Made by a program: the position numbers and the translations under genes. 60,561 nt of DNA, from the NCBI GenBank assembly GCA_012512955.1, contig JAAZDD010000072.1, positions 1-60,561 on the forward strand. Reading direction: 5' to 3'. The stretch comes from Clostridia bacterium. GTDB taxonomy: Bacteria; Bacillota; DULZ01. Position 1 is the stretch's first letter. Every line of letters starts with the position of its first letter. This document shows, piece by piece, positions 1-8,806 of this stretch. Under the pieces are notes generated by a model that saw only the letters and a program-made list of their open reading frames with translations, did no database searches and was not told the origin of the DNA.

Positions 1-323
1 CCTTTGGCGGTACTAATGATGATCGGGTTATCCTGTAGGTACGGGCGTATTGCGGTTGCCACCTGCCGAACCGATTGGGACGGTACGGCCAAAACGATGT
101 AAGCAGCCCCTTTTAAAGCCAGTGACAGATCAGCGGTAATTTTCAACTGAGAAGGCAGGGTTACTCCCGGCAGGTATAACTTGTTTTCCCGGCTGATTTG
201 TATTTTTTCGGCAGCTTTGGCAGAACGGGCCCAAAGAGTCACCGGTACTCCTTTCCCGGCCAAATGACAGGCCAAGGCTGTACCCCAGCTGCCTGCTCCC
301 AGTACAGCAGTTTGAAAATTCAC
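1..323 (-). CDS. gpsA: NAD(P)H-dependent glycerol-3-phosphate dehydrogenase, N-terminal part (gene continues beyond the left window edge)
   Basis: Absent from the ORF track because it is truncated. Reverse translation from GTG at 323 gives VNFQTAVLGAGSWGTALACHLAGKGVPVTLWARSAKAAEKIQISRENKLYLPGV..., the GxGxxG Rossmann N-terminus typical of GpsA. A GGAGAG RBS lies just upstream. The der-plsY-gpsA order is classical. Confidence 0.85.
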   Translation of the reverse strand, partial: MNFQTAVLGAGSWGTALACHLAGKGVPVTLWARSAKAAEKIQISRENKLYLPGVTLPSQLKITADLSLALKGAAYIVLAVPSQSVRQVATAIRPYLQDNPIIISTAK

Positions 324-334
324 GATTATCTCTC

Positions 335-916
335 CTATCGGCGAATCTTTTCTCCAAATTTGAATTCGGAGCCATTAATTAATCTCTTGATATTGGGTAT
401 ATGGCGATAAACTACGAAGGTGGCTGCTAATAAACCAAAAATAAACAGCAGCCAGGAATCATAAAATCCTAAAATTAGGACAGGTAAGCAGACTGCTCCA
501 AGGATGGAACCCAAAGAAACATAACGAGTTAACGCGATGGTAACAATCCAGATCAGGGCCGATAACATAATTGCTTTGGGAGCCAAAGCCAAAAAGACCC
601 CGGCACCGGTGGCCACTCCCCTGCCCCCGCTGAAATTTAAGAACAAAGACCAATTATGCCCGGCAATCACTGCCAAACCGGCCAGCATGGCGGTCAGCTC
701 TCCTCCCAACCCCTTGGCCAGTAGCACAGCCAGAACTCCTTTGCCGATGTCACCAATCAATACCACCAAACCGGAAGGAAAGCCAACGATGCGGAAAACA
801 TTAGTGAAACCGATATTGCCACTGCCGTACTTCCTAATGTCCAGGCCGTGCCATTTGGCAACGACCAGATAGCCAATGGGAATGGAACCGATTAAATAAG
901 CGCCGATGATCGCCAA
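335..916 (-). CDS. plsY: Glycerol-3-phosphate acyltransferase PlsY (acyl-phosphate dependent)
   Basis: 193-aa polytopic membrane ORF with the PlsY signature GSGNIGFTNVFR and a HNWS motif. It lies between der and gpsA. Confidence 0.9.
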   Translation of the reverse strand: MAIIGAYLIGSIPIGYLVVAKWHGLDIRKYGSGNIGFTNVFRIVGFPSGLVVLIGDIGKGVLAVLLAKGLGGELTAMLAGLAVIAGHNWSLFLNFSGGRGVATGAGVFLALAPKAIMLSALIWIVTIALTRYVSLGSILGAVCLPVLILGFYDSWLLFIFGLLAATFVVYRHIPNIKRLINGSEFKFGEKIRR

Positions 917-942
917 AATCGTGTTCAGTTCTGCTCCCTCCC

Positions 943-2259
943 CTAACTTTTCTCCTTAAAAATGAACTGAATCGGATTCCCTTCAAAACCGAAGGCCTCC
1001 CGGAATTTATTCTCCAGGTAGCGTTTATAAGAAAAATGTACTTGTTCCGGACGATTGGCAAAAACCAAAAAGCTGGGGGGTCTAACCCCGGCCTGGGTCA
1101 TGTAATAGAATTTCAAGTTCTTGCCTTTGTCGGAAGGAGGGGGATTAAGTGAAACCACTTCTTCCAGGTATTGATTCAAAATGCCTGTAGACAGCCTTTT
1201 TACAGCCTGTTCATCCACATAATCAATTAACTCAAGGAGTTTATACATCCTTTGCCCTGTCAGTGCCGATACAAAGACGGTGGGGGCATAACTCATAAAG
1301 GCCAATTGTTCCCGTATTTCCTTTTCAAAACGGTTCATGGTTTTGCTGTCCTTAGGAACCAGGTCCCATTTATTCACGACCACAATACTGGCTCGCCCTG
1401 CTTCATGGGCTAATCCGGCAATCCGCTTATCCTGTTCTGTTATACCCTCCTGGGCATCAATGACGATTAAAGCCACATGGCAGCGTTCCACCGCCCGCAA
1501 GGAGCGAATAACGCTATATCTTTCTGTTGCTTCGGCAATTCTGGCTTTCCGGCGGATTCCGGCGGTGTCAATTAAAATATACTTCTTACCATTTACCACA
1601 ACGGGGCTGTCGATGGCATCACGGGTTGTACCGGGAATATCGGTGACGATGGAGCGGTTTTCTCCCAGCACATAGTTCACGAGGGAAGATTTACCCACGT
1701 TTGGTCTACCAATTAGAGCGACCCGGATTCCCTCCTCATCATCTTCCTCCGGCCGGTGGGGCAATTTGTCAATCACCCGGTCCAACAAATCTCCGATATT
1801 CATACCGTGGGCAGCGGAGATGGGCAATGGATCACCCAGCCCTAAACCGTAAAAGGCACTTAGTTCATGAAGTTCCTCAAAATTTTCTACCTTGTTAACT
1901 GCCAAGAGTACCGGTTTGGCACATTTTCTCAGGAGCTGAGCCACGGTCCAATCGTCGGGCAGCAGCCCTGCACGGTAATCTACAACAAAAATAACCAGAT
2001 CCGCTTCTTCAATGGCCAGCTCTGCCTGGTATCGTATTTGCTCCTCCATTCCCCCTTCAGTAGTCAACTCCACAATACCCCCCGTGTCCACCAGGGTAAA
2101 GGTATGTCCCAACCACTCCGCTTTCTGATAAATCCGATCCCGGGTAACACCAGGGGTATCTTCCACAATAGATACTCTCCCGCCGACTATTCTGTTGAAA
2201 AGGGTGGATTTTCCTACGTTAGGACGGCCTACAATCGCTACTATTCCTTTTCCCGACAT
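943..2259 (-). CDS. der: Ribosome-biogenesis GTPase Der (EngA), double GTPase domain
   Basis: 438 aa. Two P-loops (GRPNVGKST at the N-terminus, GRPNVGKSS in the middle), DTGG/DTAG and NKVE/NKWD motifs, and a C-terminal KH-like tail. Confidence 0.95.
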   Translation of the reverse strand: MSGKGIVAIVGRPNVGKSTLFNRIVGGRVSIVEDTPGVTRDRIYQKAEWLGHTFTLVDTGGIVELTTEGGMEEQIRYQAELAIEEADLVIFVVDYRAGLLPDDWTVAQLLRKCAKPVLLAVNKVENFEELHELSAFYGLGLGDPLPISAAHGMNIGDLLDRVIDKLPHRPEEDDEEGIRVALIGRPNVGKSSLVNYVLGENRSIVTDIPGTTRDAIDSPVVVNGKKYILIDTAGIRRKARIAEATERYSVIRSLRAVERCHVALIVIDAQEGITEQDKRIAGLAHEAGRASIVVVNKWDLVPKDSKTMNRFEKEIREQLAFMSYAPTVFVSALTGQRMYKLLELIDYVDEQAVKRLSTGILNQYLEEVVSLNPPPSDKGKNLKFYYMTQAGVRPPSFLVFANRPEQVHFSYKRYLENKFREAFGFEGNPIQFIFKEKS

Positions 2260-2271
2260 ATTTAACCTCCG

Positions 2272-3582
2272 TTAATTGCACCGCAATAGATAATCCGGCA
2301 GACCGGAACCTGAACTGGGTAAAATGACAATTTTTATCCCCAGTTGTTGTTCCAGTTGTTCAGTTGTATAATCATCGATAGTTAATCCGGATTCATTCAA
2401 CAAAATATCCGGTAACAATACTGTGCTGAATTGGTTTTCTAATAGGCAATTTTTCAGTTGCTTAATAATGTCGGAAGCCGACAATAAGCCGGTCACCGTG
2501 ACCAAGCCTCCAAAAAAGCGGTTTTCTACCACTGCCATTTCAATAGGGAAACCTTTAATTTTTTTGTTTAATTCATTTAAAGATTTTTCCAGCACCGGAG
2601 CCGCAGCCACACCGGTAACTAACAAATATCGTTCACTGATTTCCAGCGGTTTATTGATCCTTTTGAGGCTCTCTGCAAAATTATCCAGAAATAAACGGAC
2701 AATACCGACCCCGTTTTCCAATTGGGGAAAACCTTCATAATCTTCTTCCCTGGGAATATCTTTTCCGGTCAGGAGATAAAACTCATCGGCAAGATACACA
2801 AGTCTGGTCCCCAACCGGTGTAGGAATAACTCCTGATACCTCGTTACCAAATCAATGGTTTCCTGAGCCTTGTCCTGATTGATGGGCTCTATTTCAGCCA
2901 GCCCGCGACGATATCCCGTCAGTCCCACGGGGACAACCGCCAGGGACTGGACCGCCGGCCACAGCTCTCTTAGTTCCAGGATACTCTTTTGTAATTCTTG
3001 TCCATCGTTCAGACCGGCACACAGCACAATTTGGGCATGAATTTCGATGTCGTGCCGGGCCAGGTAACGAAGCTGATCCATGATTTGGGCGGCTTGTTTA
3101 TTTCGCAACATTTTCGCCCTTAAATCAGGATTGATCGTATGAACAGATATATAGAGAGGGCTTAGTTTCAGTTGGGCAATTCTCCTCAGGTCTTTTTTCT
3201 TCACATTGGTTAAAGTAACAAAAGTTCCTTGGAGAAACGAATAGCGATAATCATCATCTTTCACATATAAACTGGACCGAAGGGAATGAGGCATCTGATC
3301 TACAAAACAAAAGAGACAACGGTTATGGCATTGCCTGATACCGTCATTGGTAATCCCGGCAAAAGATACTCCCAGTTCTTCGTGATACTCTTTTTCGATC
3401 TGGTAGACTAGATCTGTCCCGTTACCGGTTCTCAACAGTACCTCTACATATTCCTCTGCTGTCTGAAAGCGAAAATCAATGATGTCATAGATCTCTTGTC
3501 CATTAATAGAAATAACCCGGTCTCCCGGTTGCCAATCAAGTTCAGCGGCGATACTGTTGGGATGTACTTCTTCGATTATCAA
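2272..3582 (-). CDS. Radical SAM protein with N-terminal PDZ domain (DUF512 family)
   Basis: 436 aa. PDZ-like N-terminus (GDRVISINGQEI), CX3CX2C cluster motif (CHNRCLFC), and the conserved position upstream of der seen in Clostridia. The start codon is TTG and there is no strong RBS, so the start is uncertain. Confidence 0.75.
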   Translation of the reverse strand: MIIEEVHPNSIAAELDWQPGDRVISINGQEIYDIIDFRFQTAEEYVEVLLRTGNGTDLVYQIEKEYHEELGVSFAGITNDGIRQCHNRCLFCFVDQMPHSLRSSLYVKDDDYRYSFLQGTFVTLTNVKKKDLRRIAQLKLSPLYISVHTINPDLRAKMLRNKQAAQIMDQLRYLARHDIEIHAQIVLCAGLNDGQELQKSILELRELWPAVQSLAVVPVGLTGYRRGLAEIEPINQDKAQETIDLVTRYQELFLHRLGTRLVYLADEFYLLTGKDIPREEDYEGFPQLENGVGIVRLFLDNFAESLKRINKPLEISERYLLVTGVAAAPVLEKSLNELNKKIKGFPIEMAVVENRFFGGLVTVTGLLSASDIIKQLKNCLLENQFSTVLLPDILLNESGLTIDDYTTEQLEQQLGIKIVILPSSGSGLPDYLLRCN

Positions 3583-3620
3583 ACCTGGGTTTTGAATTTC
3601 AACTCACCCCTATCTCCATC

Positions 3621-3649
3621 ATTATCCAACATAATCCCTTGAGCGTCAA
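3621..3649 (-). promoter_or_regulatory. Candidate sigma-A promoter for the DUF512-der-plsY-gpsA operon
   Basis: Minus strand reads TTGACG (3649-3644), a 17-nt spacer, then GATAAT (3626-3621). It sits about 40 nt upstream of the DUF512 start and just downstream of the hydrogenase terminator. Motif match only. Confidence 0.35.
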
Positions 3650-3786
3650 GCTAGCCGTAGACCGGCAACAATGACCCCCCGGTAAACGGGTACCATCTGC
3701 TGAATTTAAAGTTTATTACTGGCTAGTATAAATCCCTTTACCTATGATCATACCTGGACGAAGATTACCGGCTTTGGATGCTGCAC

Positions 3787-3817
3787 AAAAAGAAACCATA
3801 GCCTAGGCCATGGCTTC
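3787..3817 (-). terminator. Rho-independent terminator of the [NiFe] hydrogenase operon
   Basis: Minus strand: GAAGCCATGGC-CTAG-GCTATGGTTTC (11 bp including two G-U pairs) followed by TTTTTG. It lies 63 nt after the maturation-protease stop. Confidence 0.6.
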
Positions 3818-3879
3818 ATCATTCCTTACGGTGTAGTCGTTATGGGAGCTAAACTGGGAGCACGCCTCAAGAAATCCTC

Positions 3880-4368
3880 CTACATTCCAATGGCTTTAGC
3901 AATTTCCTGAGCAATCAAGTCTGCCACTTTATTTTTCACTTGGCTTAACTCCGGTGTCAATTCCAAACCCCAGTCAACGGTTTTTGGCTGAACACCATAA
4001 ATAATCGTTTCAGGCAGACAGCCCAAAAGGCGGGCGGTTTGCAATACTTCCAGCAATCCAATATCATGAAAGGAGGTTTTGATCCCCTCAGGTAGGCCGG
4101 CGAAATCTTCAATTTTGAACTTGAAAACACTGCCCGGTTCCATACTTGCATCCAAACTGTCCACAACAATGAGGAGGGATACGCCGGCAAACAGGTAAAT
4201 TAATTCCATACCGGCGGTACCTCCGTCAATAAACTCCACTTGAGGCGGCCAGTCCTTTAAGGCCAGCTCGTTAACCAGATGCACCCCAAAGCCTTCATCC
4301 TGGAGCAGTACATTACCTACTCCTAATACAAGGATTGTGTTCCGGGAATTATCCCTGCTGCCGGACAT
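3880..4368 (-). CDS. [NiFe] hydrogenase maturation endopeptidase (HyaD/HybD family)
   Basis: 162 aa with LVLGVGNVLLQDEGFG and DGGTAG motifs typical of HycI/HyaD-type proteases. It overlaps the end of the cytochrome b gene by 20 nt. Confidence 0.85.
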   Translation of the reverse strand: MSGSRDNSRNTILVLGVGNVLLQDEGFGVHLVNELALKDWPPQVEFIDGGTAGMELIYLFAGVSLLIVVDSLDASMEPGSVFKFKIEDFAGLPEGIKTSFHDIGLLEVLQTARLLGCLPETIIYGVQPKTVDWGLELTPELSQVKNKVADLIAQEIAKAIGM

Positions 4369-4966
4369 GGGAACCTGTTTGCTTTACCGTCGCGGTTTGG
4401 CTGTCTGTTTCTTTGCCGAAAAACATTGCCAAAACCTGTTGCGGTTTTTCCGTGAACACGGCATAGACATGAAGCAAAGTGACACAGATGAAGACCCAGG
4501 TGAAAAGGTAATGGATCGACCGGACATTGGCCAAACCTCCCAGAGCATGGATAAATCCGGCGGTCTGATCCGGATAAGCCAAGGCAATTCCGGTGCAACC
4601 CTGACAAATGATCAAAAAGGGAATGCCCAAATAGGTCAATTTTTGCAGGGGATTGTATTTTCCCTCGGTGATTACCGGTTTCCCCATGAAACAGTAATAT
4701 TTAACCACCGGCAGAATTTTTCCTATTTCAGGCTTGAATTCGAAATAGTCTCTGTGTTTGCCCAAAAAAGCATAGTAGATCCGCCAGAACAGATTGATGA
4801 TCAGGGCAAACCCGGCTACATAATGAAGGTAGCGGGCAGTACCCATGATTCTCTCAGCAAAGGGATAGTAAATGTAAAAACCCGTGAAGACCAGCAGGAC
4901 AATCGCGACCAGATTGATCAAGTGGGCAACCCGCTGGGGTAAATAAATTTTATCCTGACCAGACAA
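4349..4966 (-). CDS. Ni/Fe-hydrogenase b-type cytochrome subunit (HyaC-like membrane anchor)
   Basis: 205 aa with four predicted TM helices and conserved His residues (HLINL, LHYVAG, LLHVYAV). It sits directly downstream of the large subunit. Confidence 0.8.
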   Translation of the reverse strand: MSGQDKIYLPQRVAHLINLVAIVLLVFTGFYIYYPFAERIMGTARYLHYVAGFALIINLFWRIYYAFLGKHRDYFEFKPEIGKILPVVKYYCFMGKPVITEGKYNPLQKLTYLGIPFLIICQGCTGIALAYPDQTAGFIHALGGLANVRSIHYLFTWVFICVTLLHVYAVFTEKPQQVLAMFFGKETDSQTATVKQTGSHVRQQG

Positions 4967-4978
4967 ACCGCCACCTCC

Positions 4979-6532
4979 TCAACAAATTCTGAATTTACGA
5001 ACCTGAGCACTGTCGGCTTCAATTAAATGTACGGCGCAAGACAGGCAGGGATCGTAAGAACGGACGACCCGTACAATGTTAATCGGATTATCCGGATCGG
5101 GCACCGGAACACCTAATAGAGCGGTTTCGACGGGACCCCTGTTGCCCTGCTCATCCCTGGGAGAAAAATTCCAGGTGGTGGGAACAACCATCTGATAGTT
5201 TTTGATCTTGTGATCCTCGATTTCAATCCAGTGACCTAAAGCACCCCTGGGGGCGTCGAGCAGCCCTTGCCCGGTGCCGGTTTTGGGTGGTTTCCAGTGT
5301 TCAGTGTCGTGGATCCGGGCATCTTTTCCGGCCAGGAGGGCAGGCAATTCCTCACTCCAGGTTTCCATGGCCTCACAAAGGAGCAATGTTTCAAAGGCCC
5401 GGGCTGCATGTCTGGCCACGGCACCGATTTTGATTTGATATTCTTTAATCAAATTCATGAAGCCCGGTGGCTGTTGGACCAGCATCCTGGCCAGAGGTCC
5501 TACTTCCATGGCTCTCTGCTCGTAGCGGGGAGCCTTAAGGAAACTATATGCTCCCTCCTTGTCTAAATCGAACACAGTATCCATCTCGGCAGGATGTTTC
5601 ACCGGTTCATCTTTGAGCCAGGAATGTTTCACATCTTCGGTGATTCTGTTTTGATCTAAAGGTTGCCGATCATTGAGTTTCCCGTCGAAAATAACCCCCG
5701 ATTTAAAGAGGGTACTGCCGTCTGCCAAAGGAAAGACGCCATAAGTCAGAAAATTACCCTCTCCTCCTCCAACCCCGGCTTGGGCCAAAGGAAGGAGAGG
5801 CCCTGTTCCAAAAGCGAGGACATCAGGTACATATACTTCCCGGGCAAACTTAATCAATTCCTGAAGGATGGATTTGAATTTCATTATTTGCTGGGCATTG
5901 GGTTTAATGGTTACTCCGCAAGCTACAATGCTTGACTGGTGAGGCTGCTTTCCGCCAAAGATGGCAGACAATTTTCTGGCTTTGGCCTGCATTTCCAAGG
6001 CTTTTAGATAATGGGCCACGGCAGTGATCACGATTTCCGGATCCCGGACGGAAAACTCATCGGGCTCATACCTTGGTGTTAAAGGTGCTGTATCCCCCTG
6101 TTTAACCAATGCCACAATCCTATCTTTTACTGCCAACAATTGCGGATCATTGCCCCGGTATTCCGCAACTGCCAGTATATCAAGATAGTCCAATGCTGAC
6201 AGGTGGTAGAAATGGAGGGGATGATTATGCAGCCACATAGCTCCGATGATGAGGTTTCTAATTATCCTGGCCGCTTCAGGCAAAACGGCTCCGTGGGCAT
6301 TTTCTACAGCAACTGAAGAAGTCCACCCGTGGGGCCCGGCACATACTCCGCAGATTCTTTCCGTTACATAAGTGGCATCTCTGGGATCCTTTCCTTTCAG
6401 CAAGATTTCAAAACCCCTGGCAGCAGTGCCTACTGTCCAAGCATCAGTTACCACGCCGTTCTCTACCATTACTTCAATTTTTAAATGGCCTTCAATTCTG
6501 GTTACCGGATCGATGACAATTTTTTGAGCCAT
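4979..6532 (-). CDS. [NiFe] hydrogenase large subunit
   Basis: 517 aa. N-terminal RIEGH and RICGVC motifs. C-terminal DPCLSCAVH metal-binding motif, followed by a 15-aa tail of the kind removed by the maturation protease. Confidence 0.92.
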   Translation of the reverse strand: MAQKIVIDPVTRIEGHLKIEVMVENGVVTDAWTVGTAARGFEILLKGKDPRDATYVTERICGVCAGPHGWTSSVAVENAHGAVLPEAARIIRNLIIGAMWLHNHPLHFYHLSALDYLDILAVAEYRGNDPQLLAVKDRIVALVKQGDTAPLTPRYEPDEFSVRDPEIVITAVAHYLKALEMQAKARKLSAIFGGKQPHQSSIVACGVTIKPNAQQIMKFKSILQELIKFAREVYVPDVLAFGTGPLLPLAQAGVGGGEGNFLTYGVFPLADGSTLFKSGVIFDGKLNDRQPLDQNRITEDVKHSWLKDEPVKHPAEMDTVFDLDKEGAYSFLKAPRYEQRAMEVGPLARMLVQQPPGFMNLIKEYQIKIGAVARHAARAFETLLLCEAMETWSEELPALLAGKDARIHDTEHWKPPKTGTGQGLLDAPRGALGHWIEIEDHKIKNYQMVVPTTWNFSPRDEQGNRGPVETALLGVPVPDPDNPINIVRVVRSYDPCLSCAVHLIEADSAQVRKFRIC

Positions 6533-7617
6533 TATACACCGTCCCCTTCCCTTTTGTTCTTGCTACCGCTAACAGTACGGGCTACCAGGTGAATGCCTAC
6601 TCCGGCTGCGGCAACCCCAGCCATGGCCTTGCCTACCTTTGGTGCATCAATGCCACCGATTCCAGGTAAAGCAAAGGAATTCTGTTTTTCATAAAGAGGA
6701 GCAAAGCCTACCCTGGTATCCCCGAATCCGGGAGCATAGAATTCCGGTTGCGTACAGCCTGAACAGGGTGATCCGGCATTAATACAGAAATTTACGCCGT
6801 CATTCCACAACCCCTGGGGACAATCAGTATAAGTTTTTGGCCCTTTGCAGCCCATGAGCAACAAACACCAATCCTGTTGTTCATCACTGTTCCAATCGGT
6901 CAAGAATTCCCCTCGCTCAAAACGGCCCCGGCGGGGACAGTTGTCATGAAGCAGTTTCCCATAGAACATTTTGGGTCTGTTATAAGCATCCAACTCGGGG
7001 AGATCCTGATACATTAAATAATGCATTACCGTGCCGTACAGCCATCTGGGATTGACCGGGCAGCCGGGAAGGTTGATGATAGGCATATCTTTAACCAAGG
7101 CGCCTACCCCAACTGCTCCCGTAGGACCTGCTGCCGGAATGCCCCCGAAAGAGGCACAGGCCCCCACGGGAATGACAACCAGGGCATTGGCGGCTGTTTC
7201 TAACAGTTTTTCCCTCATGGGTTTACCGCCGGACATCACAAACCGGTCATCAGCTGTAGGGAAGGAACCTTCCACGATCAAAACATACCCTCCTGCTTTT
7301 ACCGTTTCATCAAGAGCCATCTGGGCCACATGCCCCGCAGCAGCCATAATGGTAGGATTATATCTAAAAGAAAGCAGGTCAAGGATAATTTCTTCCGGTC
7401 CCGGATCCAGGGAGGATATGGAGGAGCAGGTGCACCCTGTACATAATTGCCCTTTCAGCCAGACAACGGGGGTTTTGGTTACACTTTTTTCTATTGCCTC
7501 AGCCATGGCGGGAACATGGGAGGCAGATAGTCCTAAAGTAACTGCTGTGGCCGTCAACAATTTAATAAATTCCCTTCTGCTTATTCCCCTAGCTGTCAAC
7601 AAACGATCCAAATCCAT
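6532..7617 (-). CDS. [NiFe] hydrogenase small subunit with Tat signal peptide and C-terminal membrane anchor
   Basis: 361 aa. Twin-arginine signal (SRREFIKLL...AMAEA), Cys clusters for FeS centres (CTGCTCS, GCP, CxxC...C), and a hydrophobic C-terminus. Its stop shares one nucleotide with the large-subunit start. Confidence 0.9.
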   Translation of the reverse strand: MDLDRLLTARGISRREFIKLLTATAVTLGLSASHVPAMAEAIEKSVTKTPVVWLKGQLCTGCTCSSISSLDPGPEEIILDLLSFRYNPTIMAAAGHVAQMALDETVKAGGYVLIVEGSFPTADDRFVMSGGKPMREKLLETAANALVVIPVGACASFGGIPAAGPTGAVGVGALVKDMPIINLPGCPVNPRWLYGTVMHYLMYQDLPELDAYNRPKMFYGKLLHDNCPRRGRFERGEFLTDWNSDEQQDWCLLLMGCKGPKTYTDCPQGLWNDGVNFCINAGSPCSGCTQPEFYAPGFGDTRVGFAPLYEKQNSFALPGIGGIDAPKVGKAMAGVAAAGVGIHLVARTVSGSKNKREGDGV

Positions 7618-7856
7618 TGTTCGTTACACCTCCTGCAGAATAATATGCTATGGGCTAAATAACGAGAAGACCACCAAATTTATATCCTAACCTCCCAAAT
7701 CCTCTCCTTTCGTTTTAAACTTTGATTAATTATTTTATAATTCGCAAAATTCTAACTATTTCTATGTTACCATATTATTTCTATTCTGTCCACTTTTTGT
7801 GACCGCCGCTGCTATTCAATCAAGGAGCCGGACCTGTAGGTGCCTGCGCTCCAAAT

Positions 7857-8279
7857 TTAAATCGGGGCCGTAGCAGGAAGCTTGGTGAAACCCTGCAAAA
7901 ACAAGCGGTGGGTCAAATAATTATGGCCCGCAATGGCCGATAGGAACCGTGCGGTATTAATCCAACCGTTTTTCTGGGGAAGAGCGTCAACAAATTGCCA
8001 GTCCGTTTCCTTATTTAATGCCTCGGAAAAAGAAACAGCCAGCTTTGGAAGGAGTTGCTTATCCCTGTCCACCCACAATATGAATACTCGATTTCCCTGC
8101 TGATCGCAACCTATTTCCAGAAGTTGGCCGGGAGGCAGTTGGGCAACACGCCGCCACCAGGTAAGCTGAAGGAGTTCCTTCACGGTGGTTGTGTTCCGGC
8201 TGATCATGCCTAAGTGGATTAAAGCAGTGATCAGTGCTGCTTTGCCGTGAGTGTCACAATAAAAGATGATACTTTTCAA
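7857..8279 (-). CDS. DUF3189 family protein (second tandem copy)
   Basis: The ORF 7857..8300 resembles its upstream neighbour (SIIFYCDTHGKAALITALIHLG versus HIIYHCYGGAHSSVTAAGIHLG). The preferred start is TTG at 8279, 8 nt after AAGGAGGG and overlapping the upstream TGA (TTGA). The ATG at 8300 lies upstream of that RBS. Confidence 0.7.
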   Translation of the reverse strand: MKSIIFYCDTHGKAALITALIHLGMISRNTTTVKELLQLTWWRRVAQLPPGQLLEIGCDQQGNRVFILWVDRDKQLLPKLAVSFSEALNKETDWQFVDALPQKNGWINTARFLSAIAGHNYLTHRLFLQGFTKLPATAPI

Positions 8280-8746
8280 TGGGTAGTCCCTCCTTCGCAT
8301 TGAATTCTGACTTTGTGTACCAACTGCACAAACTTTTTAAAAGCCTTGCGGGTGCCCCTGATCACCAGGGGTCTGCCCAAACTCACCCAGTCCAATCGCC
8401 TGGAGGTAAACCCGCCCAAAACCATCATCCAGTTTACATAGGGAACCGTATCGACCACTAACAGTTCTTCACTCGGTATGCCCAGAAGTTTTCCCAGGGA
8501 TTGAACCAGGGTCGGAAAGCTGTTTTTCAATCCTCTCCTCCCAATGATATAGATCTTGTTTCCTTTTTGATCCTCTCCCAGGAAGCGAAGATAACCATGG
8601 TCTTCTTGTTTAGGCTGGTCATAAAAAGGCAGAGCCAAGATTTCTTCAGGAGTAGGAATTGTTTCATCAGTGATAAGACCCAGATGAATACCCGCTGCCG
8701 TGACTGATGAATGGGCACCTCCGTAACAGTGATAAATAATGTGCAT
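8276..8746 (-). CDS. DUF3189 family protein (first tandem copy)
   Basis: 156 aa. The N-terminus MHIIYHCYGGAHSSVTAAGIHLG matches my recollection of the Firmicute-restricted DUF3189 family. Function unknown. Confidence 0.7.
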   Translation of the reverse strand: MHIIYHCYGGAHSSVTAAGIHLGLITDETIPTPEEILALPFYDQPKQEDHGYLRFLGEDQKGNKIYIIGRRGLKNSFPTLVQSLGKLLGIPSEELLVVDTVPYVNWMMVLGGFTSRRLDWVSLGRPLVIRGTRKAFKKFVQLVHKVRIQCEGGTTH

Positions 8747-8782
8747 CCCTTCCTAAACCTCCCAAAAGCGGTCAGTGGAATG

Positions 8783-8806
8783 AAAACCAGGGGTTTCCCC
8801 CTGGTT
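8783..8806 (-). terminator. Rho-independent terminator after spoIIP
   Basis: Minus strand: AACCAGGGG-GAAA-CCCCTGGTT (9-bp GC-rich stem, GNRA-like loop) followed by TTCATT. The stem overlaps the spoIIP stop codon. Confidence 0.55.

Noticed and set aside
7764-7792. Possible sigma-A promoter for the hydrogenase operon (TGGACA-N17-TGgTAACAT on the minus strand)
   Set aside because: The -10 match is only 4 of 6, and it would imply a leader of about 140 nt. Several equally poor alternatives exist in this AT-rich spacer, so it is too weak to annotate.
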